From Octopus vulgaris (lineage: Eukaryota), in contig OX597814.1 of assembly GCA_951406725.2 (NCBI GenBank), forward strand, positions 99,386,001 to 99,450,000: a stretch of DNA of 64,000 nt, in the 5' to 3' direction. The first letter of the stretch is position 1. Each line of letters opens with the position of its first letter. Shown here piece by piece: positions 13,221 through 28,114 of the stretch. The notes below the pieces were generated by a model. That model saw only the letters and a list, made by a program, of their open reading frames with translations, had not been told where the DNA came from and ran no database searches. The translations under genes were made by a program, and so were the position numbers.

Positions 13221-14124
13221 TATACGAAACATACAAGTAGTGAAATTACTACTCCTTTATGGCTATCGAACTTACACCATCTTTCCGTGAATACAAATAC
13301 TTATGGGTTAACTGGAATTTCCTCGTAGAATGTAAGCATGACTTTGTCAAACGCATTTTTCCTTTGTTTTTCCGTAAGCTGACATAAGATCAGCAAGCTC
13401 AACAAAGACATTAAAATCGCCATCGAACTCTTATAAAAATGGTTTAACTGCGTTTCTTGATGCTAGATTTCTCCATATCTAAAAGGGGATCTTTACCTTT
13501 TGACCTACAGATTTAAAAAATAATTTTTTGTAACTAAACATTTTCAAAGTTCGGACACTGGTAGAATGAATCATATAAAACATCTTTTACTCTTAGCATT
13601 TTGAGAAAAACTTACATTTACGAAGTAATTTCACGTTAAAGCAGTCCTATTTCGGTAATTTCAACCAGTTAACGACGTGTATTCTGCTGAATAAAATTAC
13701 TGCGGTTGTTTGTCAACAAGAACTTACAGCGGTGTAATTTTCGTTCGTTACTGGTAATGCTATGCAATCATGAGACATTTGTTTGAGAGTTTTTGGTAAG
13801 TGCTATACTTTTTTGCTTTGACAGAGCAAATTCGTATACTGCTCTTCCGATATTTTTAAGAATACAAGCGTTTGCAAATATTTAGAAAAAGTTATTTTCT
13901 ATAAGGGAACCGTTTTAGTTTATTTTATTTTAATTTGCTCATAATTAAAAACGATTTAGAGGGCTGCTTCTTTCAACTAATTCCAACTAAAATATTCTGT
14001 GTTGTTTTGATTTAATTATTTTCTTAATTGATTACCATATCTGTAACTTTGACTCAAGCACTGGATTACATTTCCTTTCCGTTATAGTCAGATGTGTTGT
14101 TGTATAATTTCTAAATAGATAATA

Positions 14125-14597
14125 TCTATTATGTGAGAAACTATTTTCACGAATAATACACAAATATATCATTGAAACCGTAATTTACTGCGGTATTCGC
14201 CCTGAGATAATATCACTTATAGGCGTACAATATCAAAGAACACAAAAGTACATAAGTAGTTTTGGAAAATCGGCTAGCAATACTAACGGCATTGCAAAAC
14301 GTGCATCCCGACCTCTTAAGGCTTCGTTCTGTTAAATCAGCAGAAAATTACTGGAAAATACTTGCTACTGACGAAGCTGAGGGAAGCAGAAATGCGTATT
14401 CAGCAATGAGCGCAGCTGGACGATTTTCTGAGTTTTCTTTTAAATACTGTACCTCTATAAGAGATACTATCTGTTATGGGCAATAGAAGCAGCATTAACT
14501 TAAAATAGCAATATGTGAATCATACTAAAAGCAGATATATTATTTAAACTCTAATTTACTGCGGTATTCGAGCGAATACTGCCATATATCAAACTAG
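14125..14597 (+). mobile_element. Non-autonomous Helitron-like element
   Basis: A|TC start at 14125; 3' hairpin GCGGTATTCG-AG-CGAATACTGC, 11-nt spacer, then CTAG|T at 14594-14597. The 5' boundary is less certain than the 3' boundary. Confidence 0.6.
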
Positions 14598-15770
14598 TTT
14601 CTCATGCCACCTGTTGAATAAACAGCTACCGAGATATTTCTACAAGTAAGGAACATAAACATTAATTTACACTGCTGAGAAGTAATGAGAGCAGAAGCAA
14701 AACGAGTATCTTAATTTCCGTTGCCTGGTGGTAGAAAAAAGCATTCAATGATCTGTGTGTCAATAGAAAGTGTCGTGTAATTCTAATATATTTTACATTG
14801 CTCATTAACATATATAAAAAAAAACTTCCTTGGTGGTACGTAATGTATTACATCAACATTTTCGTGAGCCATAGACCAACCAAACAGCCAGCCACCCAAC
14901 CAACCAGTCACCCAACCAACCAACCAACCACCCAACCAATCACAGGTTATCGATTCATAAGCGCTACAACGACTGCGTGGTGCAATCTTTTATGCAGAAG
15001 TAACCAGTACAATTACTCTTATAGTTAAAGCTAACAGATATATAACAACCGGCCCTTCATCTGGCTTCCAGAAATCTGGAAATATAGTACAATACAAAAC
15101 AATATATTATGTTTACCGGACAATAAGACTACGTGCACAAAGAATGTATTAGCTAGACGCTCGATGAAAAGAGAGAGTTTGGCGTTTCGAGCACAACACA
15201 TCGTAATTTAGAATTGAATAAATTTGTACTTGTATGTGCTAAATGAAATCATGTCTTTTTACCATTCCTCGTATGTGTGTGTATATATATATGTTGTATA
15301 TACACACATATATATATGTGTGTATATATAATATGAATGATTTAGTTCACTGGTGATCTGAATGAAGAGGTACGTTGAGTAAGTGCTATAACTGATCATC
15401 CGTTAGGTTCCAATTCCACAGCTAAGACTGAAGCTAGGGATCCGTATTAGGCTTCCATGTTAGCAGATATATATATTAGAGGGAAATGACAACAAAAACC
15501 AAGGCAGGACGTGTAACCCAAGTCATTTATAATAATTTAATTAGGGTAAGATAAGGTAAGATGTATTGGAAGTATTATAACTGTCCCAAGTCATAGGCTA
15601 ATATATCTGTTCACTGGGTATTCTGTCATCAGAGACAAGGTATGTATGAAAGTTCTAGACAGGGAAATTCATATTTTATAAGGAATAAAATAGAAGTATA
15701 TACAGTAAAAGTAGATAAAAGACCACAGACTGGAAAATAAAGTTCATGCATGTGTATGCGTGTGTCAATG

Positions 15771-15827
<57 letters not shown>

Positions 15828-15982
15828 CGTATATACGTGAGCACAAAACCGACTAGGCTATCAAATGATGTTACACATCGCTATTCACAATGCATTTTAC
15901 ATTGTTTTAGCCTTTAGATGACGTCACTCCGCTGGTTTGGCGAGGAGGCTGATATCTCCCACTCCGATCGAAAGTGAGACTG

Positions 15983-16304
15983 GACCAAAGCCTTATGAGT
16001 GGATTTGGTAGACGGAAACTGAAAGAAGCCCGTCGTATATATGTGTGTATATATATGTATATGTATATGTATGTGTATGTGTATATGTTTGTGTGTCTGT
16101 GTTTCTCCCTCCCCCACCCAACATCAATTGACAACCGATGCTGGTGTGAAAACGAATGCTAAAATTACCGGTCAATAAGAGGACGTACACAAAGAATGTA
16201 TTAGCTAGACGCTCGATGAAAAGAGAGAGTTTTCGAGCGCACTAAAAGGTGGTGCTCCAGCATGGCCACAGTCAAATGACTGAAACAAGTAAAAGAGTAA
16301 AGAG
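15983..16304 (+). mobile_element. SINE family B (CORE-type), 3' part, interrupted by a foreign patch
   Basis: gtggatttggtagacggaaactgaaagaagcccgtcg..gtgctccagcatggccacagtcaaatgactgaaacaagtaaaaga matches 40323-40720. Confidence 0.85.
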
Positions 16305-16709
16305 TATATCTTAAATCTTCGACTATCATAAGTTCTTTTCAAGATCCTTATTTATTTTGTTCTTTTAAAATCAATTTTTCTTGCCTAAGCCCCAAATTCT
16401 AGAAAAATACTTTTCAATCCATCATAAATGGTAGTAAGACTATGGTATTCATTGCTACTGTTAGCAGACCCAATTCCAGTCGTTAATATTCATATTGTTT
16501 TTCTCTTTATACATGTTATTCAGACGAATAAAATACGTAATTAATAAATAATAAGCTCATATTTCTAGATGCTAGACACATTTCAATTAGATATATTACA
16601 CGAAGCCGGATGTTTCGTGATAATTTATTAGTTATTTCATTTTATGTAACTAACAACACTTTTTGAAAGATTTTTTCATATATAAGTATTGCAAGTTGAT
16701 CAGCGAAAG

Positions 16710-17478
16710 GATACCACAAGTCCTGAAATTTTGCAGGGAGGGGGTTAGCCAATTACATTAACCCCAGTGCATGACTGGTACTTATGTTATCAATCCCAAA
16801 AAGATGAATGACAAACTCGACCTCGGCGGAATTTGAACTCAAAGCATAAAGACAGACGGAATGCGACTAAGCATTTTGCCTAGCATGTTAACTTTTCCGC
16901 CAAATCGCCGCCTTAATAATAATTATAAAATTGCAGTACAGGCTCAAGGCCTGAAATTTGGAGGGATGGGGCTAGTCGATTACATCTACCCTAGTGTGTG
17001 ACTGGTACTTAATTTATCGACTCCGAAAGGATGACTGGCAAAGTCGTCCTCGGTGGAATTTGAACTCAAAAATTGAAAACGAACGGAACGCCGCTAAGCA
17101 TTTTGCCCAGCGCGCTAACATTTCCACCATCTCGGAAAGAATATCATTAGTAAAAACACTTCACTCATTGAAGAAAAAATTCAATAGTTTATTTGAGTTT
17201 TTGGGTACCTGTTTGAAAATAGAGAGGAGGAGTAACCGATAAGAGGCGTACAACAGCTAAATTCAGAGAATAGTTGAAATCTCAAAAGATCCTTTGTTCT
17301 AAAGGCACAAGGCCAGAGATTTGGAACATCTACTCTAGTGAATCACTGGTACTAAACTTATCAACCCAGAAAGGTGAAGTCGATCTCGGCGAAATTTGAA
17401 CTCAGAACATAAAGACTGACGAAATGCGGTATTTTTTTTTTGCCCGGCGTGCTAATGATTCTGCCAAATTGCCGCCTT
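16710..17478 (-). mobile_element. Cluster of three older SINE family A copies (about 16710-16914, 16940-17130, 17295-17478)
   Basis: Each carries ctcggcggaatttgaactca and ctggtactta on the + strand, with the tail-2 motif aggcctgaaattt. Confidence 0.8.
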
Positions 17479-17571
17479 TGAAATCTCTAAATATAGGAAC
17501 AACATATCTTAAGAAAACTGGGTAATAATTCCACGAATCCACAATATTTGTGATAATGTGTGTATTCATGT

Positions 17572-17656
<85 letters not shown>

Positions 17657-18007
17657 TATATACACACACACACATATTTTACTTATGTGTATGTGCATAT
17701 ACAAGTATATATGTATATGTGTGCCATATGTGTGTCAGCATTATATATATATGTGTGTGTGTGCGCGAGCATACATAAATGTATACATACATATATAGAG
17801 AAATATGCATACCCATAGTTAGAATCAGAGAGAGATAAAGGGAAAGAGGGAGAGTGAGAAAGACTGTGAGAGAGGGATTTCATTCACACGCACAAATACC
17901 CCTACATATATAACCATTCATACATATACATACACATTTATATTGGTGTATGCTAATTTATATATATAAACATATATGTGTGTTCTGTGCATATACATAT
18001 ACGTATA

Positions 18008-18052
<45 letters not shown>

Positions 18053-18250
18053 GTGCGCACACGAACACACGCACACGCGCACACATGTGTATGGATATAT
18101 AAATTTTCAGAGACAGAAAGAGACAGAGTATGAGATGAGTGGAGAAAGATGTATTCACACACACACACTCGCACACACATACATATAAATACACTTGCAC
18201 ACATATACATATATGTGTGCGCGCATACGTGTGTATGTGTGTGTGTATAC

Positions 18251-18296
<46 letters not shown>

Positions 18297-18383
18297 ACAT
18301 ATATATATATATATATGTATGCTCATATATACATATATATTTATATATATAAATACATATGTGTATATATATTTATATATATT

Positions 18384-18438
<55 letters not shown>

Positions 18439-19213
18439 GCTGCAGAGTTTGCTAGGTAAGGTAGTTACCGAAGCAGCTTTTGAATTAATCCAGTGGGTTC
18501 AATGAGATCACGGCCTGTCACGATTTAAATAATCTAGTGATATTTCATCGATAAAAAGGCGATCTGCACGTCCGTCTCCTCCAGAACTCTTTCAGAACTA
18601 ACTAACTGACACTATCGTCAGCGGCATCATCACTAGAATCGCTGTCATCAACGTCATCAACATCATCGATATTATGTTGTCCTTGTCATCGACACCAACG
18701 ACGTCATGGACAGCAGAACCCAGAATGGAATGACATTCGTCACACACATCCACCTCACCTCCGCCTATTTTCTGTTCTATGGCTGACGCAAATATTATCA
18801 CCGTTTTGCCACCACTACCAACGTCGCTATCAGTACCGTCACCGTCATCAACTTAAACCAGCGCGGCAATTACCGCTGCAACTATTACCACAGCTTACCA
18901 CCGCCACCACCGCAACTAAAATAACAACAATAACAGCAACAACACTAATAACAACGGCAGGAACAATCACAACAGTCATTACCAATTTAATACTATCACC
19001 TGCTTGCATCAGCATCAACAGCACCCACCAAAAATATAATGAAAACTGATGCGATTTGCAGATATTAAAATTAAACTAAAGGAGCACGAACGAGGGAGAG
19101 AGAAAGGGAAGATAGAGCGTTACAGATAGAAAGGCACTGAGAATGAACAGAGATTGCAATATGCATATATATATATATACACACACATGCATATGCATAT
19201 TTTTCTTTACGCA

Positions 19214-19273
<60 letters not shown>

Positions 19274-19284
19274 TTATATACAGA

Positions 19285-19387
<103 letters not shown>

Positions 19388-19439
19388 CACACACACACAT
19401 ACATATATAAATATATGTGTGTGCATACATATAGTCAGT

Positions 19440-19482
<43 letters not shown>

Positions 19483-20614
19483 ATGTACTATATGTTGCTC
19501 TCTCTTACTCCCTCTCTCTTATTATACATATACACACATACACATACATACATTCATACATACATACATACATACATACATACATACATACATACACATA
19601 TATGCATATAAATACATATATATATATATATATAGAAAGGGGGGAGTGAGAGAATAACACACACACACACGCATACACACATATACACATAGACACACTG
19701 AAACACACACATTGAACTGGTGGTTTAAGGCAGCGAAAATTCAGAGGAAGAAGAAAGGAACAGACGGAATAGCAAAACCTGACAGAGAGGAAGGAAGGAG
19801 AGTACGGTGAGAAAGAAACTTCAGAGATTGAATATTGTAGGAATGGAAAGAGAATGGATTATGTCAAGCAAAGACGATAACTCTAATCGCTTTATTCTAC
19901 CTCTCGACAGCTGTCAACTTAGCAGATACATTATATATCGACTTGACAGTTGCATATTCCAATGGTTGTTGGCGCTGTTGACGCCGCTTTCGTCGTTGTC
20001 ATCACAGTTGTCGTCGCCATATTCGTTGCCTTCGTCGTTGTCGCAATTATCGTTTTGTTGAGAAAAGAGCTTTTTTTTCCTTTTTTCGTTTTACATATGA
20101 TTATTCAACTCGGTTTACATTGTTAGAATAGCTGATGGTTTGTTGCGTTGATGGCGTGTGACTTGATATTTCTTTTCTTTCTGCAGTTATTTGCTTAAAA
20201 TCTACTCTTATTCTCTCCGTCTGTCTGTCTGTCTATCTTTATTTCTCTATATTTCTCTATATCTTTCTGTATATGAGTGAATGTGTGGAGAAATATCAAG
20301 AGAGAGAGAGAGAGAAACAGAGAAAAAGATGGAGACAGGGAGACAGAGAAAAAAAGAGAGTAAGAGAGGGAGAGATCGAGGGTGATATATATGTGTAAGG
20401 GAGATAGAAAATGACGGAGTGTGAAAAAGAGTTATATAGATCGATTAGATACGTTCATATTCCGATTATATTTATGTATGTGCTTAGGTATTTAAATGCA
20501 GTCACATACATATACACTCCGCACACTCAATTTGCTCAATTTCTTGCTATACGGACAGTACCTGTAACATATATATATATATATATGTTTATATGTACTT
20601 ATTTATGTCCATTG

Positions 20615-20687
<73 letters not shown>

Positions 20688-20789
20688 CATACATATATAC
20701 ATATATACATACATACATACATATATATATATATGTATATATGTCTGTCTGTATGTATATATATATATATATATATGTATGTATATATG

Positions 20790-20863
<74 letters not shown>

Positions 20864-21232
20864 TGTATGTATGTATGTATGTATATATGTATGTATGTAA
20901 GCATTCATGGACATTACGTGCATATGCATACGTACATGTTGCGAAAATGGCTTAATCTGTAAGTAAAATATGTGTACTTGCGTGTGTATGTGAGTGTGTG
21001 CGTATGCGTGTGTACGTTTGTGCGTGCGCGTGTGTGTGTGTAAGTAAAGACATGGATGATGCATTGATAACTATGAGGAAAACTGCGATTTGGAATAAAT
21101 ATTTTAAGAGAAAATGTATTCATTCATAAGAATTTTTCTTACCAAACACACACAAACACACACTTACACACACCGCGCGCGCGCACAAACACGCACACAG
21201 TATTAATGCAAAAATATCTAATACATACATAC

Positions 21233-21280
<48 letters not shown>

Positions 21281-21306
21281 CACATATACATATGCATATA
21301 TACGTA

Positions 21307-21397
<91 letters not shown>

Positions 21398-21712
21398 TAT
21401 ATTTACACATATATTCATACATACATTTATACGTAGTTATTTGTGTATCTATGTTCGTGTATATGTTTGTATAGATATCAGATACAATCTGATAATTTGC
21501 ATATCTATGAGAAAGTATTTAACATGTCATTTGATTTTATCTGACATCACATAGAGTTAGAATGGCTATAATACGTTCTGGACGAATATTAAAGCTCTTG
21601 ACGCGCAAACGTGTTATTGGTTGTGTCATATTTATTCTACATTTACAAATATTCCAAAATATATACATCAGTACCCGCTTAATATATGTATATATCTTCT
21701 CTAGAAATTTCC

Positions 21713-21754
<42 letters not shown>

Positions 21755-21851
21755 GTGTGTGTGTTTGTGAACATCATATATTCACTGCTTCTCTTCCTCT
21801 GCGTTTCTTTAAGTCACATATATGTTTATGCATGTATATCTTTGTCTGTCG

Positions 21852-21897
<46 letters not shown>

Positions 21898-21898
21898 A

Positions 21899-21956
<58 letters not shown>

Positions 21957-21986
21957 CGCACGTTCTATGGACACACACACACACAC

Positions 21987-22032
<46 letters not shown>

Positions 22033-22150
22033 CCAATATACATATATATTATAATATATAACATATATATATATACATATATATGCATATATTATATATA
22101 TATACACGAAAATATATATATATACGACTTAACTGGTGCTAGAGTGATCA

Positions 22151-22289
<139 letters not shown>

Positions 22290-22300
22290 TATATATATAT

Positions 22301-22334
<34 letters not shown>

Positions 22335-22830
22335 CATATATATTGATATACCTATATATATATGTGTGTGTGTGTGTGTTATATACAGAGAAAGAGTGAG
22401 AGTGTGTTGAGCGAGACATAGATAGATAGATAGAACTACAGATTGATATTTAATAGGATATGCGTGTGAATGTATGCATCTATGTGTTTGTGTATTTGAG
22501 TGTAAACATGCATATAAACACACATACGGAGACAGACATGAGTCAGGCAGGCAGACAGACAGAGACAGTAAACCTTGTCACGTGTCATTTTCCTAATCGC
22601 ACACTGCCTCGATATCTTCTTATATACTTCATATTCAGGTTTTGCCGTTTTCCGTCTTATAGTGTTGTTATCTCCTTATTATTTGAGCGTTTATATACGT
22701 ATTTCAGTGTATATATCCGCATGTGTGACTGGGTTTTATATTGATGTGTTTGTATATACATACATACATACATATATATATATATATGTGTGTGTCAGTA
22801 AATGGTGGGGTTGTGTTAACCGCTCCTACA

Positions 22831-22866
<36 letters not shown>

Positions 22867-23082
22867 TGTATGTATGTATGTATGTATGTATGTATGTATG
22901 TATGTATTAGTTGGTGGATGTGCATGTCTGCTAATGTGTATATACATGACGGTGCGCATGCCTGATTGCTAACGTTAACGTCGCGGTATATGAAAAAATT
23001 TCAATGTCTATCATCTATCACTGATTTTCTGTTTTATCTCTGCTTTCTCTTCCCGACATTTTTCCTGTTCAGCCACAACACA

Positions 23083-23120
<38 letters not shown>

Positions 23121-23211
23121 AACACACATACACAAACACACACATGCACACACACATGCATCATTCATACACGCACAGTCACATATGACTATATATATGT
23201 ATATATATGTA

Positions 23212-23374
<163 letters not shown>

Positions 23375-23767
23375 GTATATATACACACACATATATATAT
23401 ATATAGTTTTCACGACGATAGATATTCATACAGATAAGCTGTACAGATAAACAATATCTTCCAGACCAAAAACTTAAATAAAGATATAATGCTTGTGTTT
23501 ATAGACTTTTGTTTTGAAAACTCCGCGCAATTGTGTGCGTATGTGTGTGTGTTCTTGTGTCTGTGTGTGTGCGTACGTATGACTTTCTGTTATTTGCGAC
23601 TCGTCGCTTGTGTGTGTGTGTGTGTGTGTGTGTTTTTCCAATTATGTCTTAATACATAGAAATATGTGCGTGTATACATATTTCATAGTATGTTTTTATA
23701 TTTCTATGAATGTATTTGGACATGACTGAATATTTTATTTAAAACCTTCTTCACACGCAGATGTATG

Positions 23768-23798
<31 letters not shown>

Positions 23799-24538
23799 GT
23801 GTGTGTGTGTGTGTGTGTACGTACATATATATATATATAATTTTATATATGAGATGTCAATCTATGCAAATATATGTGGATATGTCTGTGTGCATGTGTG
23901 TTAGTTAATGATTGTGTTATGTGAATATATATAGATGACACTTCTTATATGATGGAAGTATGTATATATTCATGTATAACGAAGGCTATGAAATTATATG
24001 ATTGCAGGAGATAGTTTTGGCAGCGAAATACATAGTCAATTGAGAGATGTGCTGAGCTAGAAAAAGTGAAGGAAATTGAAGATTGTCGTGATAAAAGATA
24101 AAACGCCGGGAATAATTCGCTATTTTTCAGGCATTTTCACTCATATTGAAACACTTATCAAATACGACCCTGTCAGGCAGTGGAGCTGGCCGTTTTACGA
24201 ATTGACACCAAAATGATCCGTCAGTTAGTTCTGTGTATAATGTGATGCAAGCAGAAGCTGATACAATCACACCGGCTCACACACAGCGGATGCGCACTTC
24301 CACACATTTGCAACTAATATAGTTCAGTTGAAGATATGTGTAGATGTTATAAAATTCACAGCTTCCGTCATTTAATCAGTATTCTCTCTTCACACACACA
24401 CATACACACACACACACGCACACACACATACATACATAGATCCTTCCACGTCCATCCATCCACCCATCCATCCATCCTTACATACATACATACATATGTG
24501 TGTACACGCGCATATACTTATTCATATGTATATACACG

Positions 24539-24584
<46 letters not shown>

Positions 24585-26239
24585 GTTATACAAACACACA
24601 CGCACACATACACAAGCATATATTTATTTAGGCATATAATCTTGTCACACCCTCATGTAGACACGCCTACCTATCATCATTTCTTAATAAATTTACTCTT
24701 ATGTGGCTGTATAACAGTCCACATACACACATATATACATACGTACATGCAAATGCATGCAGCCTAAAAAATTACATATAATCTAAGTTAAGCTTTGATA
24801 TTGCAATTGCAGCTTGAAATGTCAGAAATCTACCACACTCGCGAATACTTGAATAGATGCTAGCAGCACATGTCCTCCCGTACATAAACACAGTAATAAG
24901 TGAACATAAGTATTTTAGAAATACATTCATACATTCACATCAAAATTCCATTCTATTATATACACACTTACTCGAATATACATAAGCTAACACAACCAGC
25001 CCGATAAACATATTCATAAATCTCTCCCAGGCATAGCCCATAAGTCCATACGCACTAGCAGTTTGGAGGAAGATTATACATATAAAGAGGTAGATAGTCA
25101 AACTAACAACTCAAATTTTACAACGATAACCTAAGTTCGTTTCCTGGTAGCTAAGATATTTAGGTGTCAGTGTGATATTCTCGGAGTTAGTGTCTCACCT
25201 CAAATGATTTTCTCGGAGTAGGAAGCTTTACGTAAATTTTGTAAGATAAAACATTCGGTACTGTCAGATTGTAAGCTCAATATCACCTTTTGTAATGTTT
25301 AACATGTAACTCGTATTTATTTTATATAATGTTTGAACCTACTTTAGAAGTAAAGTGAAGCAGCGAAATGACGCGACTACATTTAGAAAACTCATGAATA
25401 TTTTATTATTTTGAACAAGTGAAACAGCTGAATAATTAAATCATCACGCTACTGGCATACAGAATTTAAAGTTTTATAAAAGAAGGTAATATATTTTGGA
25501 TTTGTTTGTTGCACATGTCTACCAATTACATTTTGAAGTTTTTTTTTCTAGTAATTCCTTTTAGATATTATAACATTTTTACATTGGTTTAGTTAGTCCT
25601 ACTACTTTGATATTGTAAAATACAGTTTTGGTCGGAGAAGATCAAAGAGGATGTTATACAAAGCTTGCTCAGAAGCAGGTACAGACAGTATGATAGTGTC
25701 GTTTATTGTTGGATTGCAACCGTTGAAGCTGGTTCCCATTTTCTATAACCAAATCGTCTGCTTTCGAATTCCTCTGAAATAAGAATTCCTTAAATGAGAA
25801 ACAGCTAATGGTTGGCTGCAGGAATTACATCCGGCTGCAAGACTCCTCTCGCAGATGTACTCTCTTCTGCACCATGCTAACGTGGAAAAACCCGATAGCT
25901 AGCGTGTACTTATAAAAGAACTTGATGACTACCAACAGCACAGAGGTGCTGGAAAGCAAGTAGTTTCTGGCAGAGAAAAGTGCACTCAGTGAGGAAATAA
26001 ATTTGTTCATACGCTGACATAATACCGTAAGAGCGTGGGTACGCAGATTTAAGAACAATACGAGTGCGACATTCAGCATAATTTCTCAATAAAACGCAAG
26101 AGATGTTGAGGTAATATGATGTACATCTGACAAGTAAGATTAAAAACTGTTGTAGTGCAAAAAGGCTATCTTGTCTGTTTGGGTGTCAGGTGGATGGGAA
26201 GAAAAAGAATGGTGAGGTGTGCATATTCTTTTATTGTTT

Positions 26240-26552
26240 TACTCTTTTACTTGTTTTAGTCTGTGGATTGCGACCATACTGGGGCACCGCCTTGAATGAT
26301 AGTAATCAAACAAATCGACTCCAGTCGTTATTTTTTTTAAAACCTGGTACTAATTCTATCGGTTTCTTTTGTCCGACCGCTGGAGTAGGAGGCGTAAACA
26401 CACCGACTCCTATGGTAGTGAAGACAAGCATAAATGCAGTGACACACACACACAAGATGCATGTGCATACATTACGGATTGTTTTAGTTTCTGTCAACCA
26501 AATCCATTTACAAAGCTTTGGTCGCCTCGACGCAAGAGTAAAAGACACTAGG
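26240..26552 (-). mobile_element. SINE family B, degenerate
   Basis: Reverse complement matches the family B body and tail (ctcttttacttgttt, ggggcaccgcc, caaatcca..tttggtcg). Confidence 0.7.
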
Positions 26553-26847
26553 GAGATAGGGATCAAATGTGTTGAGAATTGATAGCCTCATAGATTGATT
26601 TAAATTTAGGAAAGGGTCTCGATGGAGGTGAAAGTTTGGAAGAGAATGGAATCTTTTTCACTATTTTACAGGTTAGCACATTGCCTTTGTAACTGTTCGG
26701 TTCATGTTATCTGTGCTTGTTTATTATTCTTCTGAATATGGCTCACTGTAAAACATCCAGATTTAATTTCCACAGATTTCATAATTGAAAATTACCTCCG
26801 TCTTATTTGCTTGGGATATACACACAGATATATTTGCATGCATGTAT

Positions 26848-26897
<50 letters not shown>

Positions 26898-27025
26898 AGT
26901 CCAGGTGGTGCTATTAAGTTAGACATGGCCTGGGCCAATACTGGCCAAAACCTTTCTAAGTTATTCTAAGTTATATATATATATATCACTCTCTATATCT
27001 GTCTGTCTGTCTATCTATCTATCTA

Positions 27026-27147
<122 letters not shown>

Positions 27148-27195
27148 ATGTCTGTCTTTCTATCTATCTATATTTCTAGTTAGCTAGCTAGTTAG

Positions 27196-27238
<43 letters not shown>

Positions 27239-27252
27239 ATTAAAAGGTATAA

Positions 27253-27289
<37 letters not shown>

Positions 27290-28054
27290 AAAAATATACA
27301 TATATATATACATAAAAAAGTTATATACAGACACATTTTTTTAGATGGTCGTTGTTCGTCTCCTGTCTCGAGCTAATCGACTTTTTCATTTTCCACATGA
27401 AACGGAAAATAAGGCCGAGGAAGAAATAGCTGTCGCAAAGTGTGTTTCGTAAAAGACAGAAGTCCGTACCATGTATGTTGCGAGTGAAAGAACCTTTGTA
27501 AACGAGAACAAAAACAGGACAAAGCAAAGTCTTCAGTGTGAGGTATATGGTCTGTGGTGTCGATATATATTGCAAGGGGGGAGAGAACTCCCTACTATTC
27601 TAGCTCGGAGACTACCAGATCACATGATTTAGCCCACATTTTGGACTGTAATATTGCTTCCAAATATTGGCACAAGGCCAGCAGTTTCAGGAAATTACAT
27701 CGACTTAAATGATCAACTGGTACTTATTTTATTGACCCCGAAACGGGGACGTTTATGTTCTTCAGCAAAAACAATCAATTTCATGCTACCCTATTTCTGT
27801 GCGGATACTAAAAGAGATTGAGGCACTAGCCAAACAAACTTATGAGTTGCAGCATTGACACTTTAGTGGTACAAAAGTGTTATCCAACAGCAATAGGAAG
27901 TCACCAGCAAATGCTGCATGACGTGATGCGCTGTTATAGCGCAGATCACCATAAAGAACAGATAGAAATAATTAGAATTTACTCAAACGGATTTTAATAT
28001 TTTGAACTTAATTCAGATTGGTTTCAAAAATCGCATTTGAGAAATAATCTGAGC

Positions 28055-28112
<58 letters not shown>

Positions 28113-28114
28113 TA

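Noticed and set aside
15605-15660. Minus-strand CTGATGA..GAAC hammerhead-like motif
   Set aside because: Helices II and III do not pair convincingly; at best a very decayed PLE remnant.
25700-26120. GC-balanced stretch as possible coding sequence
   Set aside because: Stops in the frames tested and no recognisable motif; likely an old unclassified TE.
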